From positions 1 through 44,474 of the IMG/VR virus record IMGVR_UViG_3300019937_000002: a DNA stretch of 44,474 nucleotides; one strand, written 5' to 3'. A model generated the notes under the pieces. The model was not told the origin of the DNA and ran no database searches. It was given only the letters and a program-made list of their open reading frames with translations. Of the stretch, positions 44,468 through 44,474 are shown in pieces. The position numbers were made by a program, and so were the translations under genes. Within the stretch, counting starts at the first letter, position 1. Each line of letters begins with the position of its first letter. Origin of the DNA: a virus (Duplodnaviria > Caudoviricetes).

Positions 44468-44474
44468 TTATAGC

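Larger units (their letters stand above)
43735..44474. repeat. Terminal overlap with 1-418; allele carrying the endonuclease VII insertion
   Basis: See the 1-418 feature. Confidence 0.95.

Overview
An essentially complete, circularly permuted ~44 kb T7-like cyanopodophage genome (Autographiviridae-type) with all recognisable genes on the + strand. The host is probably a phycobilisome-bearing Synechococcus/Cyanobium-type cyanobacterium, inferred from hli, an nblA-like gene and a Downstream-peptide riboswitch. Gene order: terminase region, thyX, non-coding terminus/origin-like region, early genes, RNA polymerase, replication genes with a split DNA polymerase, RNR, portal, scaffold, accessory island, capsid, tail, internal virion proteins, tail fibres. 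The main finding is a compact diversity-generating retroelement (DGR) between scaffold and capsid, where related phages usually carry psbA. It has a target gene with VR 25771-25889, TR 25967-26085 (all 17 mismatches at TR adenines) and a YCDD reverse transcriptase. No avd gene is recognisable, and the phage has no recognisable integrase. The DGR is followed by a possible psbA relic, a glutamine-II riboswitch with a 15-aa peptide, and a LAGLIDADG gene. The two window ends overlap but are different alleles, one with and one without an endonuclease VII gene inserted at the terS start. All calls come from reading motifs by eye; no searches were run.
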